Source of the DNA: Spirochaetales bacterium
GTDB taxonomy: Bacteria > Spirochaetota > Spirochaetia > DSM-2461
Assembly (NCBI GenBank): GCA_016936555.1
Contig: JAFGXR010000103.1
Span: 17,931 to 81,930, forward strand
Reading direction: 5' to 3'
DNA length: 64,000 nucleotides
Part shown: in pieces, positions 19,128 to 28,972 of the stretch
Position numbering within the stretch: the stretch's first letter is position 1
Layout: each line of letters starts with the position of its first letter
Program-made: the position numbers and the translations under genes
Notes under the pieces: generated by a model
What the model was told of the DNA's origin: nothing
Seen by the model: only the letters and a program-made list of their open reading frames with translations
Database searches by the model: none

Positions 19128-20444
19128 TTAGTGTTTCCTTAAAACTTCCAGCGGTTTGACCCTGCCAGCGCCTCTTGCGGGAATATATGAGGAAAGAACT
19201 GAGAGGATAAGCGTTGCGGCGACGATCAGTACGATCTGAAAAGGTTCGAGAGTGACCGGCACGTTATCGAGATAATAGGAGCTGTTGAGCAGCTCAAATG
19301 TTTCGCTTTCCTTCAGGGGAATGAAAACACCGGCGACAAGCCGGAAGAGAGAAATAAAACCGTTGAGCATGGTTTCAAGAACGGAGATAATCCCATTGAT
19401 GTTAAGAGAAATGAATATTCCCGACAGAACGCCGATTGCCGTTCCGGCAAGGCCGGTCAGAAACCCCGTGAAGATGTAAGAGAGAGTTATGTCCTGCGGG
19501 GACGCGCCGAGACATTTCAGAATAGCGACCTCTTCTCTTTTTTCCAGAACCAGCATGACGAGCGATGACGAAATATTGATGATGGCGACAAAGGTGATCA
19601 GAGCCATGATAAAGATGAGCATCATTCTCGTCGTCTTGAAATTTTCCTGCTGGGATCTGTTGAGATTCTCCCAGGAATAAAGACCCCACCGTTTGGGTAG
19701 TGCCTCGCGAAGGGCGATCATATCCTCTCTGAGGCTGGTATAAGGCTCCCGGGTTTTAATACCGATTATCGTCCTCGATGAGTTATCGGCAAGAATGGAT
19801 GCGCCTGTCTCCAGAGACATAAAAGCCCACATTCTGTCCAGTTCATCATAACCCGTTGAAAAAATGCCCTTAACCGTAAATTTCGTGACTTTCGGCAGAA
19901 ACTTCCCATTGGAGAAAAACTTTCCGGTCAGAATCTTCATTTCATCCCCCGGTTCCAGTTTCAGTTTTCTGGCCAGATCACGGCCGATGACAATGGATTC
20001 CGGTGCGGAAATATCAAAAGAGCCTTTCTCTACGGTTATGTATTTTTCAACACCCTCATCGGAGCTGTAAAAATCCTCTTCAATCGCTCTTACGGTGACG
20101 CCGTCACGCCCACCTTCGCTATAGGCCAGACCGTATCCCTGACGTTCGACGGTACAGTTTCTGACTTCGGGAAGGGATTCCAGTTCCACAGCCTGGTCAA
20201 CCATTTCCTCAAGGGAATGCGTGGAAAAAGGATATGCCTGAAGATGATAGGAATATGTCTCCAGCGTTCTTTCGGTAATGCCCCGTATCATCCCGTCGGA
20301 AATATGAATAACGACGACAAGGGGTATGAGGCTCAGAGCAATACCGAGTATTGAGCCGAGCAGAGGACGGGAGAGCTTTGTTCCTTTTCTTCCGAAGGAG
20401 AAAATTCTGAATGACAGGTAAAGGAGTGTTTTCAGGCGGTTCAT
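19128..20444 (-). CDS. Lipoprotein-releasing ABC transporter permease (LolC/E family)
   Basis: MacB/FtsX-type topology; KREEVAILKCLGA. Confidence 0.9.
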   Translation of the reverse strand: MNRLKTLLYLSFRIFSFGRKGTKLSRPLLGSILGIALSLIPLVVVIHISDGMIRGITERTLETYSYHLQAYPFSTHSLEEMVDQAVELESLPEVRNCTVERQGYGLAYSEGGRDGVTVRAIEEDFYSSDEGVEKYITVEKGSFDISAPESIVIGRDLARKLKLEPGDEMKILTGKFFSNGKFLPKVTKFTVKGIFSTGYDELDRMWAFMSLETGASILADNSSRTIIGIKTREPYTSLREDMIALREALPKRWGLYSWENLNRSQQENFKTTRMMLIFIMALITFVAIINISSSLVMLVLEKREEVAILKCLGASPQDITLSYIFTGFLTGLAGTAIGVLSGIFISLNINGIISVLETMLNGFISLFRLVAGVFIPLKESETFELLNSSYYLDNVPVTLEPFQIVLIVAATLILSVLSSYIPARGAGRVKPLEVLRKH

Positions 20445-21115
20445 TTTTCTTCCAGAACTCCACCGGTCAAATGGTAGGCTCTGTCGACCCGTTCAGCCAG
20501 TATGAGGTTATGGGTGACGAGAAGAAGAGATTTTCCATACTCTTCTACAAGGGAAAAGAGTATATCCTCTACGATACGGGAATTTTTCTCATCGAGATTT
20601 CCCGTCGGCTCATCAGCGAGAATCAACTCGGGATCATTGACCAGAGCCCGGGCCAGCGCTATTCTCTGGCGTTCCCCGCCGGACATGCGGGAGGGATAAT
20701 GTTCTTTTCTATCGGCCAATCCGACCTTCTCTATCAGTTCCTCAGCCTTTGCCAATGCCTTTATCTTATCCTTTCCGGCAATTCTGGCGGGAATGGCGAT
20801 GTTTTCAAGGGCTGTAAAATCTTTCAGGAGATAATGGGACTGGAAAACGAGACCTATGGATTTTCTGCGGTACTCGGTCAACTGCTTTTCATTCATGGTG
20901 TGAACGGGATAGCCGCAGGAAAAGATTTCACCGCCATCGAGACTGTCCAGCCCCCCTATAAGATTGAGCAGTGTACTTTTCCCGCTGCCCGATTCACCTG
21001 TTATAACCGTGCTCATACCTCCCGGAATCGACAGATCCAGATCGTGAAGTATCGTCAGTGATTCGGCGCCGGTACTGTAAACTTTCTTTAAAGATTTAAT
21101 ATCCAGAATATCCAA
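20441..21115 (-). CDS. lolD: Lipoprotein-releasing ABC transporter ATPase
   Basis: GESGSGKST, MSGGERQR, ADEPTGNLD; lies between two LolC/E genes. Confidence 0.92.
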   Translation of the reverse strand: MDILDIKSLKKVYSTGAESLTILHDLDLSIPGGMSTVITGESGSGKSTLLNLIGGLDSLDGGEIFSCGYPVHTMNEKQLTEYRRKSIGLVFQSHYLLKDFTALENIAIPARIAGKDKIKALAKAEELIEKVGLADRKEHYPSRMSGGERQRIALARALVNDPELILADEPTGNLDEKNSRIVEDILFSLVEEYGKSLLLVTHNLILAERVDRAYHLTGGVLEEK

Positions 21116-21132
21116 AACGAGTCTCCTAAATT

Positions 21133-22419
21133 TTATTCGTAACGGAGTACAACCGCAGGTTTTACCGATGCGACACCGCGGGAAGCCATCCAGGCCGCGG
21201 CCAGGGCTGAAAACAGCGCGACAGATGTGATGTATATGACATCGGGAGTCATTATTTCCACAGGAACCCTCTGCAGGTAGTAGGAACTTCCCGTATAAAT
21301 ACTGAAATCATTAATTGATTCTTTTCCGATTGATCGTATGGCATTAACTGCACTTTCCACAAAACCGAAAATGGTATTGATATTTTTTGTGACTAAAAAG
21401 CCGAATACGGTTCCGGCAGCGCTCCCGAGAACACCGATAATGGCACCCTCGAGAATAAATACGGATTGGACCGAAAATGGAGCAGCGCCCACGGCTTTTA
21501 ATAAGGCGACCTCTTCGATACGTTCCACGACAGACCGTTTCATGGAATGGAAAATATTGACAGCGACAACGAGGAAGATGAGACTGATCAATACCATCAT
21601 CATCAATTTCTCCATCAGGAGTGCACTGAAGAATGATTTGTTATATTCCCTCCAGCTTTCCATATAGAGCCCTTCCAGTCCGGGAATCTTTTTCAGATTG
21701 CGGAGGATCTCCCTGTCCCGGTAATGATTGATCAATTTCAAGCCGAAAACAGTATCCTCTTCGGGAGCGAATAGAGGAGCGTCCGCGATGGGAATGAATG
21801 CCATGGTGCTGTTTATTTCATAATAGCCGGAGCGGAAAGTTCCGGTAACGACAAACTCGAGATTGACCGGAGAAAGCTTATCATATCCTTTACCGGCAAG
21901 AGAAAGGAGACTGACCCGGTCGCCTACTCTCAGCCCCAGAGAAAATGCGAGATCGGCGCCCAGAACAATAGAACGCTCTTCCGTAAGATCGAAAGCGCCG
22001 TCGGCGATTTTTATTTTTTCTGCGAACCCGTGATCCTGATCGAGGATCGAAGGTTCAACAGCCCGTATGGCCGCTCCGCTTTGTTCCGCCATAAATCCCT
22101 GAATAATCGTTTGAATATCGACAAAAGGTGAGACAGCTGAAACCCCTTCTACAGCCAGTATTTCATCTCTTAATCGGGGATCGAGGGATTTCTCACCCTC
22201 GATTCTTATGTGATAAGACCTGATTTCATTTATATTGGTGATAAACCCCTGCTGAAAGCCGTTCATAACGGCTATAACGCCGATCAGTGTCATAACTCCA
22301 ACGGTTATTCCGGCTATGGAAAGGATTGATGCCGTGTGCCCTTTCTCTTTTCTTTTTGTGAGAAAGTAGCGAAATGATATATGAAAGATCCATTTGACGC
22401 TTTTCAAGAATCCCCCCAC
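21133..22419 (-). CDS. Lipoprotein-releasing ABC transporter permease (LolC/E family)
   Basis: LIGVIAVMNGFQ; ERIEEVALLKAVGA. Confidence 0.92.
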   Translation of the reverse strand: MGGFLKSVKWIFHISFRYFLTKRKEKGHTASILSIAGITVGVMTLIGVIAVMNGFQQGFITNINEIRSYHIRIEGEKSLDPRLRDEILAVEGVSAVSPFVDIQTIIQGFMAEQSGAAIRAVEPSILDQDHGFAEKIKIADGAFDLTEERSIVLGADLAFSLGLRVGDRVSLLSLAGKGYDKLSPVNLEFVVTGTFRSGYYEINSTMAFIPIADAPLFAPEEDTVFGLKLINHYRDREILRNLKKIPGLEGLYMESWREYNKSFFSALLMEKLMMMVLISLIFLVVAVNIFHSMKRSVVERIEEVALLKAVGAAPFSVQSVFILEGAIIGVLGSAAGTVFGFLVTKNINTIFGFVESAVNAIRSIGKESINDFSIYTGSSYYLQRVPVEIMTPDVIYITSVALFSALAAAWMASRGVASVKPAVVLRYE

Positions 22420-23498
22420 TCCCGAGTCCTTGTCACTTCTCCGGCACTAATGAACTCTTCACGTATTTTTACTTCTTTTCGAAAATAGACCTTCATGAAA
22501 AGTTCATCTCCGTCATACAATTCCTGAATATAATTTTTCTGATCGTCCCTGTCATATTTTTTTCTGTAAACCAGAACGCCTCTTTCGTAGAAATCCTCTT
22601 CAGAAAGAGTATCTCCTTCGTATCTGAAGAACCAGGATTCGCGGAAACCCGTTCCTCTTCTCTCTTTTCTGACAAGCAGATCCGAATCATAGAAAAAAAG
22701 AGTTCTCTCCTGAAATTCATCATTGCGATACAACTCTTCTTTTTCTACAAGTTCCATCTCATTCATTATACGGATGTTTTTTTTCCCCGAGCTGATGTCT
22801 TCGACCACGACATCGGACAGAAGACCCGCTTCGCTATAATTTCTTTTTTCACGCAGAATCATCTTTCCGGCCTGATAGCGGACTTTTTCCATCAGCTGTC
22901 CTTCCTGATTTCTGTATCTGACGACGCGGACATCGCCTTCTCTCTGCTCATCCATATATAGCGATTCATTAAATCTGACAACTGAACTTCTGTTCAGAAG
23001 AGAATCAGAACTTTCTATCTCTACAGAGCGGAGTGATCCGTCCTGCCTCAGGCTGTAATTCTGTGTTAGCGGCAGTTGACCGGCCTTAAGGATTTCAACT
23101 GATTCGAGAATCCCCTCTTTACTGTAATGATAAGTTTTCTCTTCGATGAGTGTTCCCTCTTCATTGTAAAAATTTTCTCTCTCCACGTTTCCGGCAAGAT
23201 CGTAAAAAGTCTCCTCCTGAAGCAGCCTTCCTTTCAAACGCGAGGAATAGAGCAGTCGCCCCCCCGGACTGAACTGCTTTTCGAATCTGTTTTTTTCAAT
23301 TCTATCATGGAAGAGAATAAGTTGACGGGAAAAACCTTCTGTCCTGGCCTCCAGAATCCAGCCTTCCTCTCTACTCCAGTCAGAATTGCCATCCAGGATC
23401 TCGAGCTCCATAGCCATACTGTTCGATCGGTAATATTCCTGGGGGAAAAGAGAAAACGAGCCGGCAATAAGAAAAAGAAAAATTCGTGTTTTTTTCAT
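22404..23498 (-). CDS. Exported hypothetical protein with short Y/E-rich beta repeats (MORN/YwqK-like)
   Basis: Signal peptide; YDLAGNV, YNEEGTL, YSKEGIL-type repeats. ATGA overlap with the ftsY stop. Confidence 0.7.
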   Translation of the reverse strand: MKKTRIFLFLIAGSFSLFPQEYYRSNSMAMELEILDGNSDWSREEGWILEARTEGFSRQLILFHDRIEKNRFEKQFSPGGRLLYSSRLKGRLLQEETFYDLAGNVERENFYNEEGTLIEEKTYHYSKEGILESVEILKAGQLPLTQNYSLRQDGSLRSVEIESSDSLLNRSSVVRFNESLYMDEQREGDVRVVRYRNQEGQLMEKVRYQAGKMILREKRNYSEAGLLSDVVVEDISSGKKNIRIMNEMELVEKEELYRNDEFQERTLFFYDSDLLVRKERRGTGFRESWFFRYEGDTLSEEDFYERGVLVYRKKYDRDDQKNYIQELYDGDELFMKVYFRKEVKIREEFISAGEVTRTREWGDS

Positions 23499-24409
23499 CA
23501 GTAACTGAACAGATCTTCGAGATAGCTGTCGGGCTCAAAAGGTTCCAGATCGGTCAGCTGTTCGCCTTTGCCGATAAAAGCAAAAGGTATTCCCAGTTTG
23601 CGGCTGATGGATACGATGTTCCCCCCTCTTGCTGTCGAGTCGTATTTTGTTAGAATAATGGCATCAACTTCCACTGCTTCGTTAAAAACTTCAGCCTGTT
23701 GAAGGCCGTTCTGACCGGTCGTTGAATCTATGACGAGTATTTTTTTATAACAATCGCCCGGTTCCAGTTTTCTCCGGATAACTGAATCGATTTTCTGCAG
23801 TTCTTTTACGAGATTTGTCCTGTTGTGCATACGCCCGGCTGTATCGGCCAGCACCAGTTTTTCCCCTTTGGCCTTTGCCGAGGTAATCGTATCGAAAATC
23901 ACAGCAGCCGGATCCGCCCCCGGCCCCTGGTGAACGACACGGAATCCCGTTCTTTCCCCGTGAATTTTCAGCTGTTCAACCGCAGCCGCCCGGAACGTAT
24001 CGCCGGCACTGAGAACGATATCTCCGATCCCTTTTTCTCCGTAATAGCGTGCCATCTTCGCTATGGTCGTCGTTTTTCCGACGCCGTTAACACCAAGAAC
24101 CAGAAAGACATTCAATTTATCGCTCTCCGGTTCGAGTTTAAGGCATTTTATCTGTCTTGAGAGTATGGATTTCAACTCACCGATTATTTCATCCCGGGCA
24201 GAAAGTCTCTCTGTTTTGACACGGTCTCTCAGTTCATCGACAACTTCCATTGTCACCGAACCGCCTAAATCCGATTCAATAAGCAGGTCTTCCAGATCTT
24301 CGAAAAGAGATTCATCTATTGAGTGATTATTGAACAGCTCGAGAAGGCGTCTTCCGAGGTTTTTTTTCCTGCCTGCGTCCGTTTTCGCTTTTTTACCGAA
24401 ATTTAACAT
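23498..24409 (-). CDS. ftsY: SRP receptor FtsY
   Basis: GVNGVGKTTT, GDTFRAAA, DTAGR, TKYD; short form without an acidic domain. Confidence 0.97.
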   Translation of the reverse strand: MLNFGKKAKTDAGRKKNLGRRLLELFNNHSIDESLFEDLEDLLIESDLGGSVTMEVVDELRDRVKTERLSARDEIIGELKSILSRQIKCLKLEPESDKLNVFLVLGVNGVGKTTTIAKMARYYGEKGIGDIVLSAGDTFRAAAVEQLKIHGERTGFRVVHQGPGADPAAVIFDTITSAKAKGEKLVLADTAGRMHNRTNLVKELQKIDSVIRRKLEPGDCYKKILVIDSTTGQNGLQQAEVFNEAVEVDAIILTKYDSTARGGNIVSISRKLGIPFAFIGKGEQLTDLEPFEPDSYLEDLFSY

Positions 24410-24429
24410 ATTGATCCTTAGTTCTTTGT

Positions 24430-25878
24430 CTACTCAGCCAATGCTTCCGCAGCCTTTATATAACGGGCAAGTTTAACAAATACATCTGCCAGAAGTCCAC
24501 CGCTGACGGCAATCGATCCCAGGAAAATGCCCTGACTGATAAAGTAACTATTATATGCCTCGTTGGCCATATCATAATATTCGGGATTATCAGTTGCTTT
24601 ATATTCCGCGGCATAGGCCGATTCTGAAGAAAGAAAATTCTGGGCTATCCCTCCGGAGAGTACCGGCAGGGCAACGGAAAGACTGAACCAACCGAGAGTT
24701 CTGTAGAATTCCTTTTTCTTCAGATCGAAAAAATCCAGCCTGGACAACTCTTCTTCGATAAGGGGAATACTGATCAGGTCGGGACTTTCCGGTGAAACTT
24801 CAAAAGAATGGTCATAATAATCCTGAGATCTGATTGTAACCCAGTAGGACCGTTCATTAAACCGGGGGATAGACAAAGGCGTTCTGCCGATCCACCGGGC
24901 CCCCATATAGACATCAGCTCCGGAGGGATCGGTTTCAAGATTTAAAGCTGTACTATCCGACTCCGATAAAATGGCGTTGACAACCAGCTCGCTTCCGGAA
25001 GTCAATAGAACCTCTTCAGACCAGTACGAATTATCCTGACCGACCGCTTCCAGCAGGACATCTCCCGGTTCGAGGGTATTGACGAGAGCCTCTCCGACTC
25101 CGATCAAAGTGCCGTTGCAATAGATCAGGGCTTCCGGATTATCGGCTGTAATGTTCAACGCAGCCCAGGCGCGGCCCAGCATGACAGAACGAAGCTCCCC
25201 TGCCGCCTGGGCGGCCAGTCCCGAAAGCAGATCAGGTGATGATGTACCGCTGAAAATGATCATTTCACGATCCTCAGAGCGATCATATCCGCGAACTATC
25301 AGCCGGAAATACTCATCAATCTCTTTTATACTCCCTGAAATCAGAAAATCAAGATCATTCACTTTACTGATGACAAAGGGATCAAAACCCTTCTCTTCGA
25401 GGAGATTCTCACCGTTTTTATCAATCTGCCATAAGAGCGGGAGCATGGAAGCTGTTTCGACCGATTCAGGATCAATCAGATCCAAATCTCTCAATTCCTC
25501 CCGGATAAGGTTCAGATTTTTCTCCGATTCGCTGTCCCGGATTGCGGTTCCCGACTCCTTGAACAGTAGCAGATCCTGTTTTGCATAGGCGATTTTCAAC
25601 TCTTCAACCAGAGCCATTCTTTTTTTTTCTATAACATCATTCCTGTACCGCTCTTTTTCGGAAAAACTGAGGATATGAGTGTCCGTCTGATCGAGTTCCC
25701 GCCGTATAAGGTCCGGAATACTGTTTTTCAGATATTCATACCGGCTGGAAAGCGTTCCCGAAAAGTTTTCGATTCCCACCTTCCAGTGTGTCCGGTCTGA
25801 GCGAAGGGCTTCGGCTCCGGCGGAAGTGGTCAGAAATAGCAGAACTGTCAGAATAGTTATTGAGGAGAATTTATTCAT
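24430..25878 (-). CDS. PEGA-domain exported/membrane protein
   Basis: Signal peptide; LNLETDPSGADVYMGARWIGRTPL; C-terminal TM segments. Confidence 0.8.
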   Translation of the reverse strand: MNKFSSITILTVLLFLTTSAGAEALRSDRTHWKVGIENFSGTLSSRYEYLKNSIPDLIRRELDQTDTHILSFSEKERYRNDVIEKKRMALVEELKIAYAKQDLLLFKESGTAIRDSESEKNLNLIREELRDLDLIDPESVETASMLPLLWQIDKNGENLLEEKGFDPFVISKVNDLDFLISGSIKEIDEYFRLIVRGYDRSEDREMIIFSGTSSPDLLSGLAAQAAGELRSVMLGRAWAALNITADNPEALIYCNGTLIGVGEALVNTLEPGDVLLEAVGQDNSYWSEEVLLTSGSELVVNAILSESDSTALNLETDPSGADVYMGARWIGRTPLSIPRFNERSYWVTIRSQDYYDHSFEVSPESPDLISIPLIEEELSRLDFFDLKKKEFYRTLGWFSLSVALPVLSGGIAQNFLSSESAYAAEYKATDNPEYYDMANEAYNSYFISQGIFLGSIAVSGGLLADVFVKLARYIKAAEALAE

Positions 25879-26236
25879 CGAGTGACAATGCCTTTTTAAC
25901 CGCTGAAATCATCCTTGATTTCTTGAAGGGCTTAACAACGAAATCCGCCGCTCCGAGCTGAATAGCCCGGATAATATTGTCCTGATCGCTCATGGAGGAG
26001 CACATGACGACAACACTGGAGGGATCGTATTTCCTGATCCGCTCCAGCGCCTCCAGGCCATCCATCACAGGCATCGTGATATCGAGAATAACGGCATCGG
26101 GTCTGAGCGCGCGGTATTTTTCGACGGCATCCCTGCCGTCGACAGCTTCGCCGGCGATTGTAAAACCCGAGTCCTTCAGTATATCCCCGATTACCGACCT
26201 CATAAAAGAGAGATCATCGACAATGAGCACATTCAT
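25871..26236 (-). CDS. Single-domain response regulator, CheY-like
   Basis: VLIVDD...LDITMPVMDG...SSM...FVVKPF; the phospho-acceptor Asp is present. Confidence 0.9.
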   Translation of the reverse strand: MNVLIVDDLSFMRSVIGDILKDSGFTIAGEAVDGRDAVEKYRALRPDAVILDITMPVMDGLEALERIRKYDPSSVVVMCSSMSDQDNIIRAIQLGAADFVVKPFKKSRMISAVKKALSLDE

Positions 26237-27340
26237 TTCTCGTTATCAGCCCAGAGGTAGTGCAGATATGCCTCAATAAAGGGATCCAGATCCCCATCCA
26301 TGACATTCTGAATGTTTCCGGTTTCATGACGCGTTCTCAAATCCTTGACCATCGTGTAGGGATGAAAAACGTAAGAACGGATCTGTGAACCCCAGCCGAT
26401 GTCTTTTTTCTCAGCAGCCGTTTTGGCCCGTTCCTCTTCCTGTTTCTGCCTGTAGTACTCATAAAGGCGGGATTTCAGGACTTTCATGGCCAGTTCTTTG
26501 TTCTTCAGCTGCGACCGCTCATTCTGGCACTGTACCACAATATTGGTTTCATAATGAGTGATTCGGATGGCACTGCTTGTCTTATTGACGTGCTGGCCAC
26601 CGGCACCGGATGCCCTGAATGTATCGACCCGGATATCCTCGGGACGGATTTCGACCTGGATCGTGTCATCGATAACCGGAGAGACATATACGGAAGCGAA
26701 AGAAGTGTGACGCCTCGCGTTGGAATCGAAGGGAGAGATTCTGACCAGCCTGTGAATTCCGCCCTCGCCTTTAAGAAAACCGTGAGCCATATCTCCGTCG
26801 ACCTGGATGGAAACGGATTTAATACCGCCTTCAGCTTCCACCATATCGAGAATAGTCATTTTGTAGCCTTTCCGCTCAACCCAGCGGCTGTACATGCGGT
26901 AAAGCATAGACGTCCAGTCACAGGCCTCAGTTCCGCCTGCTCCCGAGTGAATCGTCACGAAAGCGGACATGGGATCGGTTTCCTCACTGAGAAGCTCAAT
27001 TGTATTGAGCGAAGCGAATTTTCCTTCGATGGATTTTAATCCCGAAAGGATTTCCTCCTCCAGGGATTCATCATTCTCCTCAACGGCGAGATTGTAGAGT
27101 TCCTGAAGATCCTCCACATCCTGCACGAGGGTTTCCCAGGGTTCGTATTTGTTTTTGACTTTTTTCAATTCGAGCAGTTTTTTTTCCGCCCGTTCTTTAT
27201 CATTCCAGAAATCGGGATCCCCCGCTTCTATTTCCAGCTCTTTTGCCCGCTGCTTCATTTCAGCCGGGTCAAAGTCGCCTCCAGGTATCCAGGATCTCCT
27301 TGCTGATCCCTTTTATTTTGCTGTTCAGATCACTGAGCAT
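26233..27340 (-). CDS. prfB: Peptide chain release factor 2, expressed via programmed +1 frameshift
   Basis: ATG 27340 gives MLSDLNSKIKGISKEILDTWRRL, then CTT-TGA-C; the +1 frame continues DPAEMKQRAK... with SPF and GAGGQ motifs. Confidence 0.97.
27268..27282 (-). promoter_or_regulatory. RF2 +1 frameshift cassette
   Basis: GGAGG-CGA-CTTTGAC: an internal SD 3 nt before the slippery CTT TGA C. Confidence 0.95.
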
Positions 27341-27352
27341 CTATATTATCTC

Positions 27353-27628
27353 CTATTTTTCCCTGACAACGAGCCGTCTCCATCTTTTCTCGGTCAATGT
27401 CGTAATGACAAGAGTTTCATCTACGGGATACTGATAAAACCGCACCGTATCGTAGAAGTCGGTCGCTCTGTCTATATCCAGTTTCAGCCTGGACAGATAT
27501 TTATCGACAATTGAAGTCGATTCGAAAGTGTTCCTCTGCACCTGCTTGAATCCATAGCGGAACAGCAGGGATTGGACAGCTTTTTCACTGTCTTCATTTC
27601 CAAGATCAAGAATGATAGAAACAAACAT
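27353..27628 (-). CDS. Stand-alone Cas2/VapD-like small protein
   Basis: 91 aa; MFVSIILD (Asp8), LLFRYGFKQVQRNTFE, DFYDTVRFY match the Cas2 pattern YD...YG..VQ.SVFE...DSVRIY. Confidence 0.75.
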   Translation of the reverse strand: MFVSIILDLGNEDSEKAVQSLLFRYGFKQVQRNTFESTSIVDKYLSRLKLDIDRATDFYDTVRFYQYPVDETLVITTLTEKRWRRLVVREK

Positions 27629-27649
27629 ATGCCAATATCCTCAAATGTC

Positions 27650-27683
27650 ATTATAACCTATTTAGAAATACGAGGGTTGTCAA
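27650..27683 (-). promoter_or_regulatory. Sigma70-type promoter for the cas2-like/prfB operon
   Basis: TTGACA (27683-27678), 17 nt, TAGGTT, immediately followed by TATAAT (27655-27650). Confidence 0.6.
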
Positions 27684-28969
27684 TCTGTATCTTCTGTAAG
27701 AGAGTCGTAAAGCGTGTGATGTCTGTTAACCTGGAAGCCCACGACGGAGGATATACCGGCACAAAAACCATAGGATGCTCCGAAGCTCTCAACAGCAATG
27801 ACGGCGGCGCTGACGGGAACATTAATGGTACTGGAAAGTACACCGGACACCCCTGAAACCAGGAAATAGAAATATTCCGAATCTGTGGATGAAAATCCGA
27901 AAAGTGAGGCGAACAGGACTCCGGCCAGTATTCCGATAAATACGGAGGGACTGGTCAGTCCTACGCTGATCCCCGATGCAATAGCCAGCGAGGAGGACAG
28001 GGAGACAAGCAGTATCAGCAGGATGATGAAAACTCCCGGGGGAAGCGACCAGCCGGCGGGAATCAGATCTTCGATGCGGCCGGCGATAATAGATTCCGCC
28101 GCGCCTCTGAAATTGCCGGCGATGTGCGGACTCAGGATATACATAAAAACCGAAGCGGAAGACGATCCGATAAAAAGCTTCAGCAAAACCCTCCTGCCAT
28201 TATTTTTATTAAAGCCTTTTGAGAGTTTTTCAAAAAGAAATGTATAGAATTTCCCCAGGAAAGCGGCACCCAGGGCCGTAGCAAGAATGAAGGGCATAAG
28301 GGCATTCTGAAAAAAACCTTCAGGGATCGGAAAATCAAGGGGCGATTGATAGGGAAGGAAATTATAGATATAAACGGCAACCGAGCTGGATAATATAGAA
28401 GGAAAAAGATCGTGATAACGCATATTCGTCCTCTGCAGGACTTCCACGGCAAAAATGCCTCCTCCGACGGGCGCGTGAAATATAGCGCCCACAGCTGCCG
28501 CCATTCCGCAGATTGCCGCAATTCTTCTCTGTTCACCCAGAACGCCGGCCCGGGTCAGAATCTGGGCGAAGCGGGAATTAATACCGGCGGAAATCCGTCC
28601 CGAAGGCCCGAGCATGCCGCCGCCTGTGAGAGTCATCAATGCCAAAAGGGTAGCTCCGGATTTTGCTGCCGTTTCGCGAAAAGAATATTCACCCCGATTC
28701 TCCAGCACCCCTTTGATATAGGAGGGGATACCATCCCCCGATGCCGTCGGCGACAACCTGTAGAAAGTCAGGCCGCAGATCAGAGCCCCACCGGTGGTCC
28801 ACAGGGGAAAAGGAACGGAAGAGCCGAGAACGAACGCCCTGCCGAGTTCCAGCATCCTGAAAAGGAATGCGACAACCAGAGAGCCGGAAATGCCGGCGGT
28901 TATGGCAATGACCAACCATTGAAAAAGGAATATCAGGGATTTTTTGTTTTCCTTCGAAACCTGCCGCAT
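27680..28969 (-). CDS. ClC-family chloride channel/transporter, non-canonical
   Basis: GDGIP, GGMLGPSGR, AAAVGAIFHAPVGG.IFAVEVL, C-terminal LYD; many TM segments; no CBS domain. Confidence 0.85.
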   Translation of the reverse strand: MRQVSKENKKSLIFLFQWLVIAITAGISGSLVVAFLFRMLELGRAFVLGSSVPFPLWTTGGALICGLTFYRLSPTASGDGIPSYIKGVLENRGEYSFRETAAKSGATLLALMTLTGGGMLGPSGRISAGINSRFAQILTRAGVLGEQRRIAAICGMAAAVGAIFHAPVGGGIFAVEVLQRTNMRYHDLFPSILSSSVAVYIYNFLPYQSPLDFPIPEGFFQNALMPFILATALGAAFLGKFYTFLFEKLSKGFNKNNGRRVLLKLFIGSSSASVFMYILSPHIAGNFRGAAESIIAGRIEDLIPAGWSLPPGVFIILLILLVSLSSSLAIASGISVGLTSPSVFIGILAGVLFASLFGFSSTDSEYFYFLVSGVSGVLSSTINVPVSAAVIAVESFGASYGFCAGISSVVGFQVNRHHTLYDSLTEDTD

Positions 28970-28972
28970 ATA

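Noticed and set aside
22404-23498. RHS/YD polymorphic toxin
   Set aside because: No PxxxxDPxG motif, toxin tail or immunity gene; it sits in the ftsY-lolCDE housekeeping block.
27000-28000. CRISPR array or cas operon near the Cas2-like gene
   Set aside because: No spaced direct repeats and no cas1, cas3, cas9 or RAMP genes were seen anywhere in the window.
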